DNA of 64,000 bases from an uncultured Candidatus Saccharibacteria bacterium (lineage in GTDB: Bacteria; Patescibacteriota; Minisyncoccia; Phycocordibacterales; UBA12088): positions 89,300 through 153,299 of the forward strand of contig CAZLUD010000002.1 of NCBI GenBank assembly GCA_964562615.1. The letters are read 5' to 3'. This document shows, in pieces, positions 48,601-56,275 of the stretch. Under the pieces are notes generated by a model. The model was not told the origin of the DNA. It saw only the letters and a list, made by a program, of their open reading frames with translations, and ran no database searches. A program made the translations under genes and the position numbers. Each line of letters begins with the position of its first letter. Within the stretch, counting starts at the first letter, position 1.

Positions 48601-48824
48601 TCATCAAACTGAGGCTTCCCTACTTCGAACTTTGTAAATTCGAGACGGAATTTCTTTCCACTATAATCCTCAATTGGTGAGAACTCACTAAATAGCTCTT
48701 TTAGCCCTTCTTCAAGAAGGAGCTTGAATGAGCGTAGTTGTGGTTCAACAAGATTCGGCAGGGGCGCTCGCGGTTCTCGGTAGCGCGCAAAATACTTTTT
48801 CTTTAGTCCCTGATTCTCTCGCAT
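45645..48824 (-). CDS. rpoB: DNA-directed RNA polymerase subunit beta
   Basis: 1059 aa with conserved rifampicin-cluster and C-terminal motifs. It lies immediately upstream of rpoC. Confidence 0.97.
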   Translation of the reverse strand: MRENQGLKKKYFARYREPRAPLPNLVEPQLRSFKLLLEEGLKELFSEFSPIEDYSGKKFRLEFTKFEVGKPQFDEFYAKENLLTYQAPLRATVLLKNKTTGLDKEQEIFLADFPVMTDHGTFVINGVERAIVPQLARSFGIFFTINESKGKRNFGAKIIPSRGAWIEVESESDGAIYVKIDKKRKFAITTLLRALGAKTEKEIYDLFAHQPEAKSYIDASLAKDPATNEVEAYIEIHKKLRDGDPATPDNAREFVASIFATERYDLSPVGRYRFNQRFNKKMDDKELARRTLSLDDMVTIISNIITLNNTTGALEDDIDHLGFRRVRFVGEMMLQKMRVGMSRMKRNVQDRMSTVEPETSQPIQLLNPRPFAASVKEFFTANQLSQFMQQQNILNELEHLRILSALGPGGLTRERAGFEVRDVHPSHYGRVCPIHTPEGPNIGLILHLANYAQIDEFGIIRTPFVKVHKGVVTGEVDLLNAHVEEGKYIAHAATRTDEKERIIEDMVEVRYRGEPHLVPRDQVEYIDVATNQAFSVATSLIPFLENDDSNRALMGSNMQKQATPCVVPEAPLVATGIEETAARDTGRLVIAPAEGVIEAVDARHIVFKDTKGKTTEFRLVNFHKTNEMSNFHQRPIVSVGQKVARGEVLADASSSVQGELALGQNARVAFLSWSGANYEDAIILSQRLVKDSKFSTIHIEDFECVVRDTKLGPEVTTHDIPNVGEMKLKNLDEDGIIRIGAEVRSGDILVGKVTPKGETQLSPEERLLRSIFGEKAKDVKDSSLRLEGGKRGRVISVKVFSREAGDQLESGILKKVIITVAQLRNVSVGDKLAGRHGNKGVISRILPEEDMPYDENGEPVDVILTPLGVPSRMNIGQILELHLGLAANTLGYQAIVPPFAGATEREIKDELVKAGHREDGKMTLFDGRTGEAFNQPISVGYMYILKLHHMVEDKIHMRSIGPYSLITQQPLGGKAQGGGQRFGEMEVWALLGYGAAYTLREMLTIKSDDIQGRSAAFDAIVKGKRITQQHAPAAFNVLLNHLRGLALDVRLEKGGRDNY

Positions 48825-49085
48825 ATGATATAAGGTGACAGTAATAAATTTCCCTTGTGACGTTAGTAACGAACCTCAGTGTGTTTTTTTAGACTCCACG
48901 GTACCCCAATGCAAATACGCCAAACGCACACCATAATGTGTGCAATTCAAAAACCACTTCTATTAGTGGGCTATAGTATTCAAATGCTTATTAAAAGGCG
49001 TGTAATGTATCGAGCTTGCAACCTAGACTCAATCCACCCGAATTGAGCATATAGTACCAGAACCATGCCCACGGTGTCAAATAAA

Positions 49086-49113
49086 CAAGCGCCCGGTTAT
49101 GGGCGCTTGTTAG
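49086..49113 (-). terminator. Rho-independent terminator
   Basis: ACAAGCGCCC-ggttat-GGGCGCTTGT, followed on the minus strand by TTTATTTG. Confidence 0.75.
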
Positions 49114-49117
49114 TAAT

Positions 49118-49297
49118 CTAAGGTGCTGCAACGAGCCTTGGTCGATGATAGATCAAGGGGTAAAAATGAAGTGCCGCAATGACAATCAATAAACGAGGAA
49201 TGATCTCTACAAAAAATCCGAATTGAAGAAGAGCAAGACAGATTGAGATGGTAGACAACGTTAGAGCGTTGCACCAATCAATTACCTGTTCAGACAT
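49118..49297 (-). CDS. Small membrane protein of 59 aa, below the ORF-track cutoff
   Basis: SD 'GGAGGT' lies 6 nt upstream of the ATG. The protein is MSEQVIDWCNALTLSTISICLALLQFGFFVEIIPRLLIVIAALHFYPLIYHRPRLVAAP. Confidence 0.45.
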   Translation of the reverse strand: MSEQVIDWCNALTLSTISICLALLQFGFFVEIIPRLLIVIAALHFYPLIYHRPRLVAAP

Positions 49298-49333
49298 CTT
49301 AGTACCTCCTTTGGTTTCCGAGAAGATAGTACC

Positions 49334-49557
49334 TCATTTGCTCTTCTTTAGAAAGAGCTTGGTCATATCCGTGAAGAAGAGAACATACACAAGTAGGAAA
49401 AGAGCTATCAATATAATGAGGCCAGCCCAGTAGGTGCCAGATTCTGTGTAGTGGCTTAGACCAAAATATACAGGTGGTGATATCAATGCCCATACAACCA
49501 ACAAAGCAAAGATAAGACCTAGTATCCACTTTCTATACTTCCTCGCGAGCGTAAGCA
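49334..49557 (-). CDS. Small 2-TM membrane protein of 74 aa
   Basis: SD 'AAGGAG' lies 5 nt upstream of the internal ATG (MLTLARKYRKWILG...). Confidence 0.5.
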
Positions 49558-49615
49558 TTGTTTCTCCTTTCAAAGGGTATCGCTCTTTTGAATATATACA
49601 CCTGAGCACTTGTGG

Positions 49616-50263
49616 TCAATCCTTTGTGGCACGCTTCCACTCGTCAATCTTTGCATGATGTCCAGTTTTTAACACCTCAGGAACAGAGTGGTGCTTCTTT
49701 TTCCATACCAACGTCTCTGGGCGTGTATACACATCTCTTGCTGCAACCCGGCGCTCTTCAACTGAGCATGCGTCACCAAGCACCCCTTTAATCCTTCGCG
49801 ATACTGCATCGATAACCACCATAGCAGGAAGCTCTCCACCGGTAAGAGTATACGGACCTATCGACATAGGTGTCGCGTTCATGATTTCTTTTACACGAGC
49901 ATCTATACCTTCATACCTCCCGCACACCAGCACAAGGTGCTTTTTATGAGCAATATATTCGTCTGCAATAGTATTTGAAAACTCTTGTGCGTGTGGTTCA
50001 AACCACACAATCTCAACAGTATCTCGCCGTTTCTTCCCTATCGCCTTTTCAATTGCACGCAACACTGGCTCTGGACGCAGTACCATGCCAGGACCTCCAC
50101 CATACGGCCTATCGTCTATTCGCTTTTTTTTGTTTGGTTCAAAATCCTTTGGATTATAAAAAGAAACGGTTACCTTTTTTTGTGTAATTGCCCGCTTTAA
50201 AATCGACTCATGCAAGTACCCGGAGAATGCCTCTGGAAATAGAGTGATGATATGAAAATGCAT
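49616..50263 (-). CDS. trmD: tRNA (guanine37-N1)-methyltransferase
   Basis: 'MHFHIITLFPE', and the SPOUT knot motifs 'GRYEGIDARV' and 'SIGPYTLTGGELPAMV'. Confidence 0.9.
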   Translation of the reverse strand: MHFHIITLFPEAFSGYLHESILKRAITQKKVTVSFYNPKDFEPNKKKRIDDRPYGGGPGMVLRPEPVLRAIEKAIGKKRRDTVEIVWFEPHAQEFSNTIADEYIAHKKHLVLVCGRYEGIDARVKEIMNATPMSIGPYTLTGGELPAMVVIDAVSRRIKGVLGDACSVEERRVAARDVYTRPETLVWKKKHHSVPEVLKTGHHAKIDEWKRATKD

Positions 50264-50311
50264 AATTCGAGAATAGCACAACCTAGTAGGACTTTCACGT
50301 ACTAACCAGTA

Positions 50312-51106
50312 CTATCGCTTTACCCCGGTAATGACATGATATTCTATCTCCTCTCGTAAGGAGCCATTTCCTTCTATTGAAAATAAACGGGTTCGTAGGG
50401 TGCTCAGCAATGTCTCACGTGTTGCGGTATCGAGTTGTCGCAAGCTTTCTAGTGTTTCAAGGTATCCAACCACACTTTGCGTATCCCACTCCCTTCTTCT
50501 TTTATATGTTCGTACCGAGTAGTTAATAAATGCAGATGCGTTAAGAGAGCGCTTGTGTGACTCTGATAACGAAAAAAGATCCATATCATTATGCAAAAGC
50601 CCCACACCAAACTCACGCAACGTATCTCTAATGGCGTGATGCCAAAGGAGGTCATTTTGAAACGGCGCAATCGTCTCATCATTAACAATCGCAATACCAC
50701 CTCCCACCTGTACCATGGCGTACGCTCTATCAAGCACCTTCTCTTGATCCATATGATGAAAACTTCTTCCTAAGGTAACAAGGCGTATAGCACTGTCTTC
50801 AATGGGACAATATTCGGCATCAGCGACTACCCACATAGGCTTTGACAGCGCACCCGTTGGAATCTCGTCACGCGTACGAGCGTACGTAATGCTATCGATA
50901 TCATTATCTAGTCCAATTACCCGCTTTGCATACCGAGTAAAAGGATAGGTAAGATGCCCTACCCCACAACCAAGATCAACATGATTACCTTCATAGACAT
51001 TAAAGGCGCTTGCTAAGTCGGTCACAAGCGCAGTTGGATATGCAGGCCAATAGGTAGCCATAAGTGCATACCGAGAAAGAAGTGGTGAATGTGCATTTGC
51101 TTCCAT
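50312..51106 (-). CDS. Class I SAM-dependent methyltransferase, in the position where rimM normally sits
   Basis: Motif I 'VDLGCGVGHLT'. Start and length are uncertain. Confidence 0.65.
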   Translation of the reverse strand: MEANAHSPLLSRYALMATYWPAYPTALVTDLASAFNVYEGNHVDLGCGVGHLTYPFTRYAKRVIGLDNDIDSITYARTRDEIPTGALSKPMWVVADAEYCPIEDSAIRLVTLGRSFHHMDQEKVLDRAYAMVQVGGGIAIVNDETIAPFQNDLLWHHAIRDTLREFGVGLLHNDMDLFSLSESHKRSLNASAFINYSVRTYKRRREWDTQSVVGYLETLESLRQLDTATRETLLSTLRTRLFSIEGNGSLREEIEYHVITGVKR

Positions 51107-51190
51107 ACTGAATAGTGTCGTACTGCAACACGCAAACAAGCTATGCAAGTATTGTAGCGCATAGCTTGTTTGCGTAGCTATTGACTAAGA

Positions 51191-51499
51191 TTATATTTTG
51201 AGGTCTTCCACTGCTTCATCAACCGTCTTTGGCACCATAGTAGCAACGCGGCCTTCTGGTTCATTTACCTTTAGATTTACGCGTGCGTTATTTTTCATGC
51301 CAACTACCCTTAGGAGGGTGCGTATCGCCTTTGCGGTATTACCCGATCGGCCGATAATCTTTCCCATGTCCTCTGGGTGGACATCAAGTGAGAGTAATAC
51401 TCCCATCTCGTCTACCGTTCGATTGATTCGAACATCACTAGGATGATCGACTAATGCCTTGACGACATACTCTAAAAAATCTTTGTCTTGGAGTTCCAT
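51191..51499 (-). CDS. KH-domain RNA-binding protein (YlqC/UPF0109-like)
   Basis: 'GKIIGRSGNTAKAIRTLL' GxxG KH loop. Conserved position between rpsP and trmD. Confidence 0.8.
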   Translation of the reverse strand: MELQDKDFLEYVVKALVDHPSDVRINRTVDEMGVLLSLDVHPEDMGKIIGRSGNTAKAIRTLLRVVGMKNNARVNLKVNEPEGRVATMVPKTVDEAVEDLKI

Positions 51500-51677
51500 C
51501 TTGGATTCGGTTCAGTCTATTTAGTTCATAATGTCTGACACGTACTCGACTCGTGTCACTCGTGCTCTAAAGAGCAATCGCACGTACTCTTACTGTAACG
51601 CACGAAAAAAATGCAAGCAATATAGGAGCATGTGGAGAAGTAGTTATACAACACAGAACGATGCTCTGTGGTAACGC

Positions 51678-51989
51678 TTAGGCAGCGGGAGTTGCTGGAG
51701 CTTCTTCCTTCTGTGGAGCAGTTTTCTTTGGGAGAACGTTCACTTTCTTTCCCTTGATAACCTGCTGATTGATGAGCATGTTATGGACTGTGCCAGATGG
51801 CTTAGCACCAACACTCATCCAATACTCGATTCTGTCTTTTACTAGCGTAACGGTATCAGTATGAGGATTGTACGAACCAAGAATCTCAAGATTCTTGCCG
51901 CTTGTAGGTGTTTTTTGGTGTTCAGAAACAACCACGCGAAATTCAGCATGGTTCTTCCTCCCGACTCTCTGTAGCCTTATTTTGAGCAT
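51678..51989 (-). CDS. rpsP: 30S ribosomal protein S16
   Basis: 'MLKIRLQRVGRKNHAEFRVVV', with a C-terminal extension. The start is taken at the internal Met. Confidence 0.9.
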   Translation of the reverse strand: MLKIRLQRVGRKNHAEFRVVVSEHQKTPTSGKNLEILGSYNPHTDTVTLVKDRIEYWMSVGAKPSGTVHNMLINQQVIKGKKVNVLPKKTAPQKEEAPATPAA

Positions 51990-52055
51990 AAGTAAGAGAA
52001 ATCTACCAGAATAAACCTTTAGGGTCAAGGCGTACGGTAGAGGCGCCCTAGTATA

Positions 52056-52118
52056 CACAAAAGAAACACCGCTTCATATAAGCGGGTTTCGATAACGATA
52101 GCGCGTAATGAAGCGGTG
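52056..52118 (-). promoter_or_regulatory. Terminator/attenuator-like hairpin with a U-run in the rpsP upstream leader region
   Basis: CACCGCTTCAT...ATGAAGCGGTG 11-bp stem with an ~30-nt loop, followed on the minus strand by TTTCTTTTGTG. A second stem, GCGTAAG...CTTACGC, lies just upstream on the minus strand at 52129-52158. Confidence 0.4.
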
Positions 52119-52230
52119 AAAGGTAAAGAACAGACAGGCGTAAGATGGGCAGTGAGCCACCTTACGCATTCCCATCTATTAGTACGCTTATCCACCGTCT
52201 AAAGTTACACTTCCTGCTATACTACAGGTA

Positions 52231-54192
52231 ATGCATAAACATAAACCACCCACAACACCCACCCTTTCAGAAAAAAAGTTTTCTGGATTTATTAGCGTAA
52301 ACGGTAAAGGCACTGGATTTTTAAAAGTACCCACCCTCAAAGAAGACATCGTTATCGAGCGAGAGTACCTCAATACCGCACTCCACGGAGACACAGTGAC
52401 TGTTTCCCTACTCCCTCATAGAGCGCGTGATACCCGCACTCGTGGTGAGGTACTATCCGTTGACACACGAGCAAGAACTCGTTTTGTTGGTACTACGCAC
52501 ACAGAGCGTGGTATGTGTTTTGTATCTCTTGGTGACAGAAGGATGTATACCCAGTTTATTCTTTCTGAAGATACTCGAAAGTCAGTCGCGGGAGGACTCA
52601 AGGTGGTAATAGATATGCAAGAGTGGAAGGATCCCCGCTCTATGCCAGTTGCTACCCTTGTTGAAATACTTGGCCCTGCCGGTGAACACGAGACAGAAAT
52701 GCGCGCCGTGGTTATCAATGCTGGGTTTGACTATCACTACCCAGAAGAAGTAGAACAAGAAGCACGATACATCCAAGAAAAAAAGGCCGAGATATTTAAA
52801 GAAGCGCTTAAAACAAGAAGAGACTTTAGAGGCACCACCACATTTACCATAGACCCCTTTGATGCAAAGGACTTTGATGATGCAATATCAGTAAAAGACT
52901 TAGGAGACGGTACCTACGAAATGGGAGTGCATATTGCTGACGTGTCTCATTACGTACTTCAGAATGATGCAATCGACAAAGAAGCCCTTGCGCGAGGTAC
53001 CTCTATCTACCTTGTCGACAGAACTATCCCCATGCTACCTGAAGTCCTCTCTAACGATGTATGCTCTCTCAATCCCAATGAAGACAAACTTACCTTTTCA
53101 GCAGTATTTGTGATGACTCGTGATGGAGAAGTAAAAAGCGAGTGGTTTGGGGAAACGGTCATTCGATCTGATAAGCGGTTTAATTATGAAGAGGCGCAAC
53201 GAATACTCGATGCTGGTAGTGGTACCCTCTTAGAGGAGCTCACCACTATGCAAATAATCGCTCGCGCCCTTAGAGCAAAGCGATACAGGGAGGGGTCTAT
53301 CAACTTTGATACAGACGAAATCCAATTTACTCTTGATCAACAAGGGGCACCAATAAGCGTACGAAGAAAGGTTCGCACAGAGACCATGCTCCATATAGAA
53401 GATTTTATGCTACTTGCTAATAGACGTATCGCTGCATGGATGAGTAATAATCTTGAACGTCTCCCTGATGATCAAAAAATATTCGTGTACCGAATTCATG
53501 ATTCACCAAAAGAAGAGCGCATGGATCAGCTTATGCTATTTTTAAAGGCACTAGGTCATGAACTAAAGGCTCCAAAAGGAGTTATTGGCGCTAATGGAAT
53601 CAATTCACTCCTTAAAAGTATTGAAGGCACTCCCGAAGAGGATTTGGTAAAGACCGCAACCATACGCACCATGGCAAAGGCGATATACTCACTAAAAAAC
53701 ATTGGTCACTTTGGACTTGCCTTCTCTTATTACACACACTTCACCTCACCCATTAGACGATACCCGGATCTTATGGTGCATCGATTAGTAAAGACACATC
53801 TACAAGGCCATAGCGTGCCCGCTGCCGAGTACGCCATATACGAACAACACGCAGCGCATTCATCAGAAAGAGAGGTGGCTGCAGTAGAGGCAGAACGGGA
53901 ATCAGTACGCATGAAGCAGGTGGAGTTTCTTTCTAAACAGATTGGTACTACCTTTGAAGGGGTTGTCTCTGGTGTTACAGAATGGGGAATGTACGTAGAA
54001 GAGTTAAGTACCATGGCTGAAGGTATGGTACGCCTCAGAGATATGAAAGATGACTTCTATATGCTCGGTGAACACGGGTATGAACTCATTGGAGAAAATA
54101 CCGGAAAGAAATACCGACTTGGTGATAAGGTAAAAATTAAGCTCATTGGCACAGATCTTGGAGCTCGAACTATCGATTGGCAATTAGTGTAA
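52231..54192 (+). CDS. rnr: Ribonuclease R (RNB family 3'-5' exoribonuclease)
   Basis: RNB catalytic 'DPFDAKDFDDAISV', a cold-shock/OB N-terminus, and a C-terminal S1 domain. Confidence 0.9.
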   Translation: MHKHKPPTTPTLSEKKFSGFISVNGKGTGFLKVPTLKEDIVIEREYLNTALHGDTVTVSLLPHRARDTRTRGEVLSVDTRARTRFVGTTHTERGMCFVSLGDRRMYTQFILSEDTRKSVAGGLKVVIDMQEWKDPRSMPVATLVEILGPAGEHETEMRAVVINAGFDYHYPEEVEQEARYIQEKKAEIFKEALKTRRDFRGTTTFTIDPFDAKDFDDAISVKDLGDGTYEMGVHIADVSHYVLQNDAIDKEALARGTSIYLVDRTIPMLPEVLSNDVCSLNPNEDKLTFSAVFVMTRDGEVKSEWFGETVIRSDKRFNYEEAQRILDAGSGTLLEELTTMQIIARALRAKRYREGSINFDTDEIQFTLDQQGAPISVRRKVRTETMLHIEDFMLLANRRIAAWMSNNLERLPDDQKIFVYRIHDSPKEERMDQLMLFLKALGHELKAPKGVIGANGINSLLKSIEGTPEEDLVKTATIRTMAKAIYSLKNIGHFGLAFSYYTHFTSPIRRYPDLMVHRLVKTHLQGHSVPAAEYAIYEQHAAHSSEREVAAVEAERESVRMKQVEFLSKQIGTTFEGVVSGVTEWGMYVEELSTMAEGMVRLRDMKDDFYMLGEHGYELIGENTGKKYRLGDKVKIKLIGTDLGARTIDWQLV

Positions 54193-54241
54193 CCTCATCC
54201 ACTACCTCGGGTAGTAGTAACAGGAAGCAAAGGAAGCGCTC

Positions 54242-54409
54242 ATGTCTGAATCCGACACACCAAAAAAGCTACCAGCTCCTCACACAGTAGTGAGGATACC
54301 AGTAGGGCCTACCCCACTGTATGGAAGAGAAAAAGGAAGAAAAAAGATTAATATGTACGGCGATAGAATACCAATTACGGACACATCAAAATACGGTCTT
54401 TTGAACTAG
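54242..54409 (+). CDS. Small basic hypothetical protein of 55 aa
   Basis: SD-like AAGGAAG lies 7 nt upstream, and a terminator follows. No motif. Confidence 0.3.
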   Translation: MSESDTPKKLPAPHTVVRIPVGPTPLYGREKGRKKINMYGDRIPITDTSKYGLLN

Positions 54410-54413
54410 AGGC

Positions 54414-54483
54414 AAAAATCAGGCGCTTACGCGCCTGATTTTTAAAAGAAACTAGCCCATCACATACAGAAGTGGTGGGCTAG
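54414..54483. terminator. Tandem terminator hairpins between convergent genes
   Basis: AAAAATCAGGCGC-ttac-GCGCCTGATTTTT, then CTAGCCCATCAC...GTGGTGGGCTAG immediately after the pyrF stop. Confidence 0.7.
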
Positions 54484-54491
54484 TTAAGGAC

Positions 54492-55250
54492 TCACGTTAA
54501 AGCTGAATCAATCTCGGCAATTATTTTTAAGATTACTTGAGCGATATCACCCGACTCAGTGATAGGTCGTCCAACAATCAGCCTTGTGGCGCCTTGCTGA
54601 ATCGCCTTGAGGGGACTCATTGTTCTTGTGTGACCAGATAAACCAGAATACCATAATGGTCTTATCCCTGGACAAACAATTTCAAGATCATCGCCAAAAT
54701 GTTTTCTTAGGTGTGCAACATCATGCGGTAACGCAATTATGCCATCCGCACCCCTACGTAAGGCTCTTTCAGAGAGCCTTACTACGGTAGTGTGATGCTT
54801 TGTTTTGTATACCTCTCTTACATCGCTGTCCGCCATATCAGTAAGTACTGATACCGCAAGAACAATAGTATCCTTACCAACAATTTCTTTGATAACCGTA
54901 ATATCATCTAGTGAACTCATTACGGTCAGAAAACGAGGTTTGTATAACTCAATAGCTCGCGCATATCTCATTATTGTATCTCTTGTATCCACAAACTTGA
55001 GATCAGCAAAGACAGGGCAGTGGTTTTGAACAGCCTCGATAATAGAGTAGCCACAAGCATGGATAGCGGTATTTAGCTTAACCACAACTCCGTACGCTGA
55101 TAACAAGCGAGCAGTGGCTAGAACCTCGCTGTATAGATGTAAATCATTTGCCTCACTTGAGTCTAAAGCTACGATAAGCCGTTCGTTAGCACTCAGCACG
55201 ACACCATTCTCCCAGTTGATTGGACTTGAGAGAGAATATACAACTACCAC
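54492..55250 (-). CDS. pyrF: Orotidine-5'-phosphate decarboxylase
   Basis: 'LIVALD', 'VFADLKFVDTRDT', and 'VCPGIRP...TRTMSP...LIVGRPITESGD', which resembles the type-1 OMPDC motifs. Confidence 0.75.
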   Translation of the reverse strand: MVVVYSLSSPINWENGVVLSANERLIVALDSSEANDLHLYSEVLATARLLSAYGVVVKLNTAIHACGYSIIEAVQNHCPVFADLKFVDTRDTIMRYARAIELYKPRFLTVMSSLDDITVIKEIVGKDTIVLAVSVLTDMADSDVREVYKTKHHTTVVRLSERALRRGADGIIALPHDVAHLRKHFGDDLEIVCPGIRPLWYSGLSGHTRTMSPLKAIQQGATRLIVGRPITESGDIAQVILKIIAEIDSALT

Positions 55251-55265
55251 GTAATAGGCAAGACC

Positions 55266-56009
55266 CTACTTCAATACCACAGACTCTATAATCACTGGGG
55301 TTACCGGCCTATCACTTTCGTTTGTCTTTGTTTTTACAATTTTCTCTACAACATCCATACCTGCTACCACCTTTCCGAAGACGGGATGTTTTCCGTCGAG
55401 GAATGTATTGTCTGCAACGTTAATGAAGAATTGACTTCCTCCTGTATTTGGACCTGCATTTGCCATTGAGATAGTACCAACTACATTTGAGTGATTCCCA
55501 GTAAATTCATCTTTAATACTATATCCAGGACCTCCTGTTCCCCATCTGTTTACTTGTGCATCATCTTTAGTAAGAGGATCTCCCCCTTGAATCATAAACC
55601 CATCAATGATGCGGTGAAATTTTGTTCCATTATAAAATCCTTTTGATGCAAGTGAGATAAAGTTCTCTGTAGTTACTGGCATGGTGTCAGTAAACAGCTC
55701 TAGAGTAAAGGTACCCATTGAGGTAGTAAATGTTGCGCTCTTTATGTTTTGTGGTGTTTGTGTGTCATTCATAGTTGGTGTGGTAGTTGCGGTAGTGGTT
55801 ACTCCTGTTGCTAATCCCGTTGGCGCTTCTGTTACCTCTTCTTGTTTCTCACCGGTTGCAAGCTCTGCTTTATCACGTGAGGTGCTATACCAATACAATC
55901 CACCTCCTGCTATCACCATAAGGATGATACCAGCAAATATAGTCATGGGGTCTGTTGTAGAGTCTTTCATATGCGTGTGAGTATACCAAAACAGATACAC
56001 TATCTGCAA
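55266..56009 (-). CDS. Membrane-anchored cyclophilin-type peptidyl-prolyl isomerase
   Basis: TM anchor and a Thr-rich linker, then 'FHRIIDGFMIQGGDP' and 'FFINV' cyclophilin motifs. Confidence 0.9.
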   Translation of the reverse strand: MQIVYLFWYTHTHMKDSTTDPMTIFAGIILMVIAGGGLYWYSTSRDKAELATGEKQEEVTEAPTGLATGVTTTATTTPTMNDTQTPQNIKSATFTTSMGTFTLELFTDTMPVTTENFISLASKGFYNGTKFHRIIDGFMIQGGDPLTKDDAQVNRWGTGGPGYSIKDEFTGNHSNVVGTISMANAGPNTGGSQFFINVADNTFLDGKHPVFGKVVAGMDVVEKIVKTKTNESDRPVTPVIIESVVLK

Positions 56010-56073
56010 ACAGCAAACGCTCTCGATATACGAGAGCGTCTACGACTATATGAATTAAAGAACAAATTGAAAA

Positions 56074-56208
56074 TTAGTGGGTTTCCTTACCCATGACAAC
56101 AATACCACTTCCTTGGATTGTTGATTTGATATTGGTATGACCATACTCCATAAACACAAGAAAAAGCAGTAAACAGCAAACGACCCAACCAAGGATTCTT
56201 TTTGCCAT
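56074..56208 (-). CDS. Small membrane protein of 44 aa
   Basis: Strong SD 'AAGGAGGT' lies 7 nt upstream of the ATG. The protein is MAKRILGWVVCCLLLFLVFMEYGHTNIKSTIQGSGIVVMGKETH. Confidence 0.4.
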   Translation of the reverse strand: MAKRILGWVVCCLLLFLVFMEYGHTNIKSTIQGSGIVVMGKETH

Positions 56209-56275
56209 GAGGGTACCTCCTTTTTTTCTCACCCATTGCAAGCGACGCACGGGATGTCGATTCCTTACACTTGGA

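Noticed and set aside
41924-48824. Alternative genetic code (UGA recoding), as seen in some reduced-genome lineages
   Set aside because: rpoB, rpoC, leuS, the RND permease and the helicase-nuclease are full length with no in-frame TGA. The standard code fits.
48825-49117. tRNA or other small RNA gene in the long rpoB upstream region, and elsewhere in intergenic gaps
   Set aside because: No cloverleaf-compatible acceptor/T-arm pairing or GTTCGA/TTCGAATCC-type T-loop was found outside coding sequence. The only clear structure is the terminator hairpin at 49086-49113.
50312-51106. RimM, as expected between the KH protein and trmD
   Set aside because: The ORF has a Rossmann SAM-binding motif (VDLGCGVG) and no PRC-barrel features, so it is a methyltransferase, not RimM.
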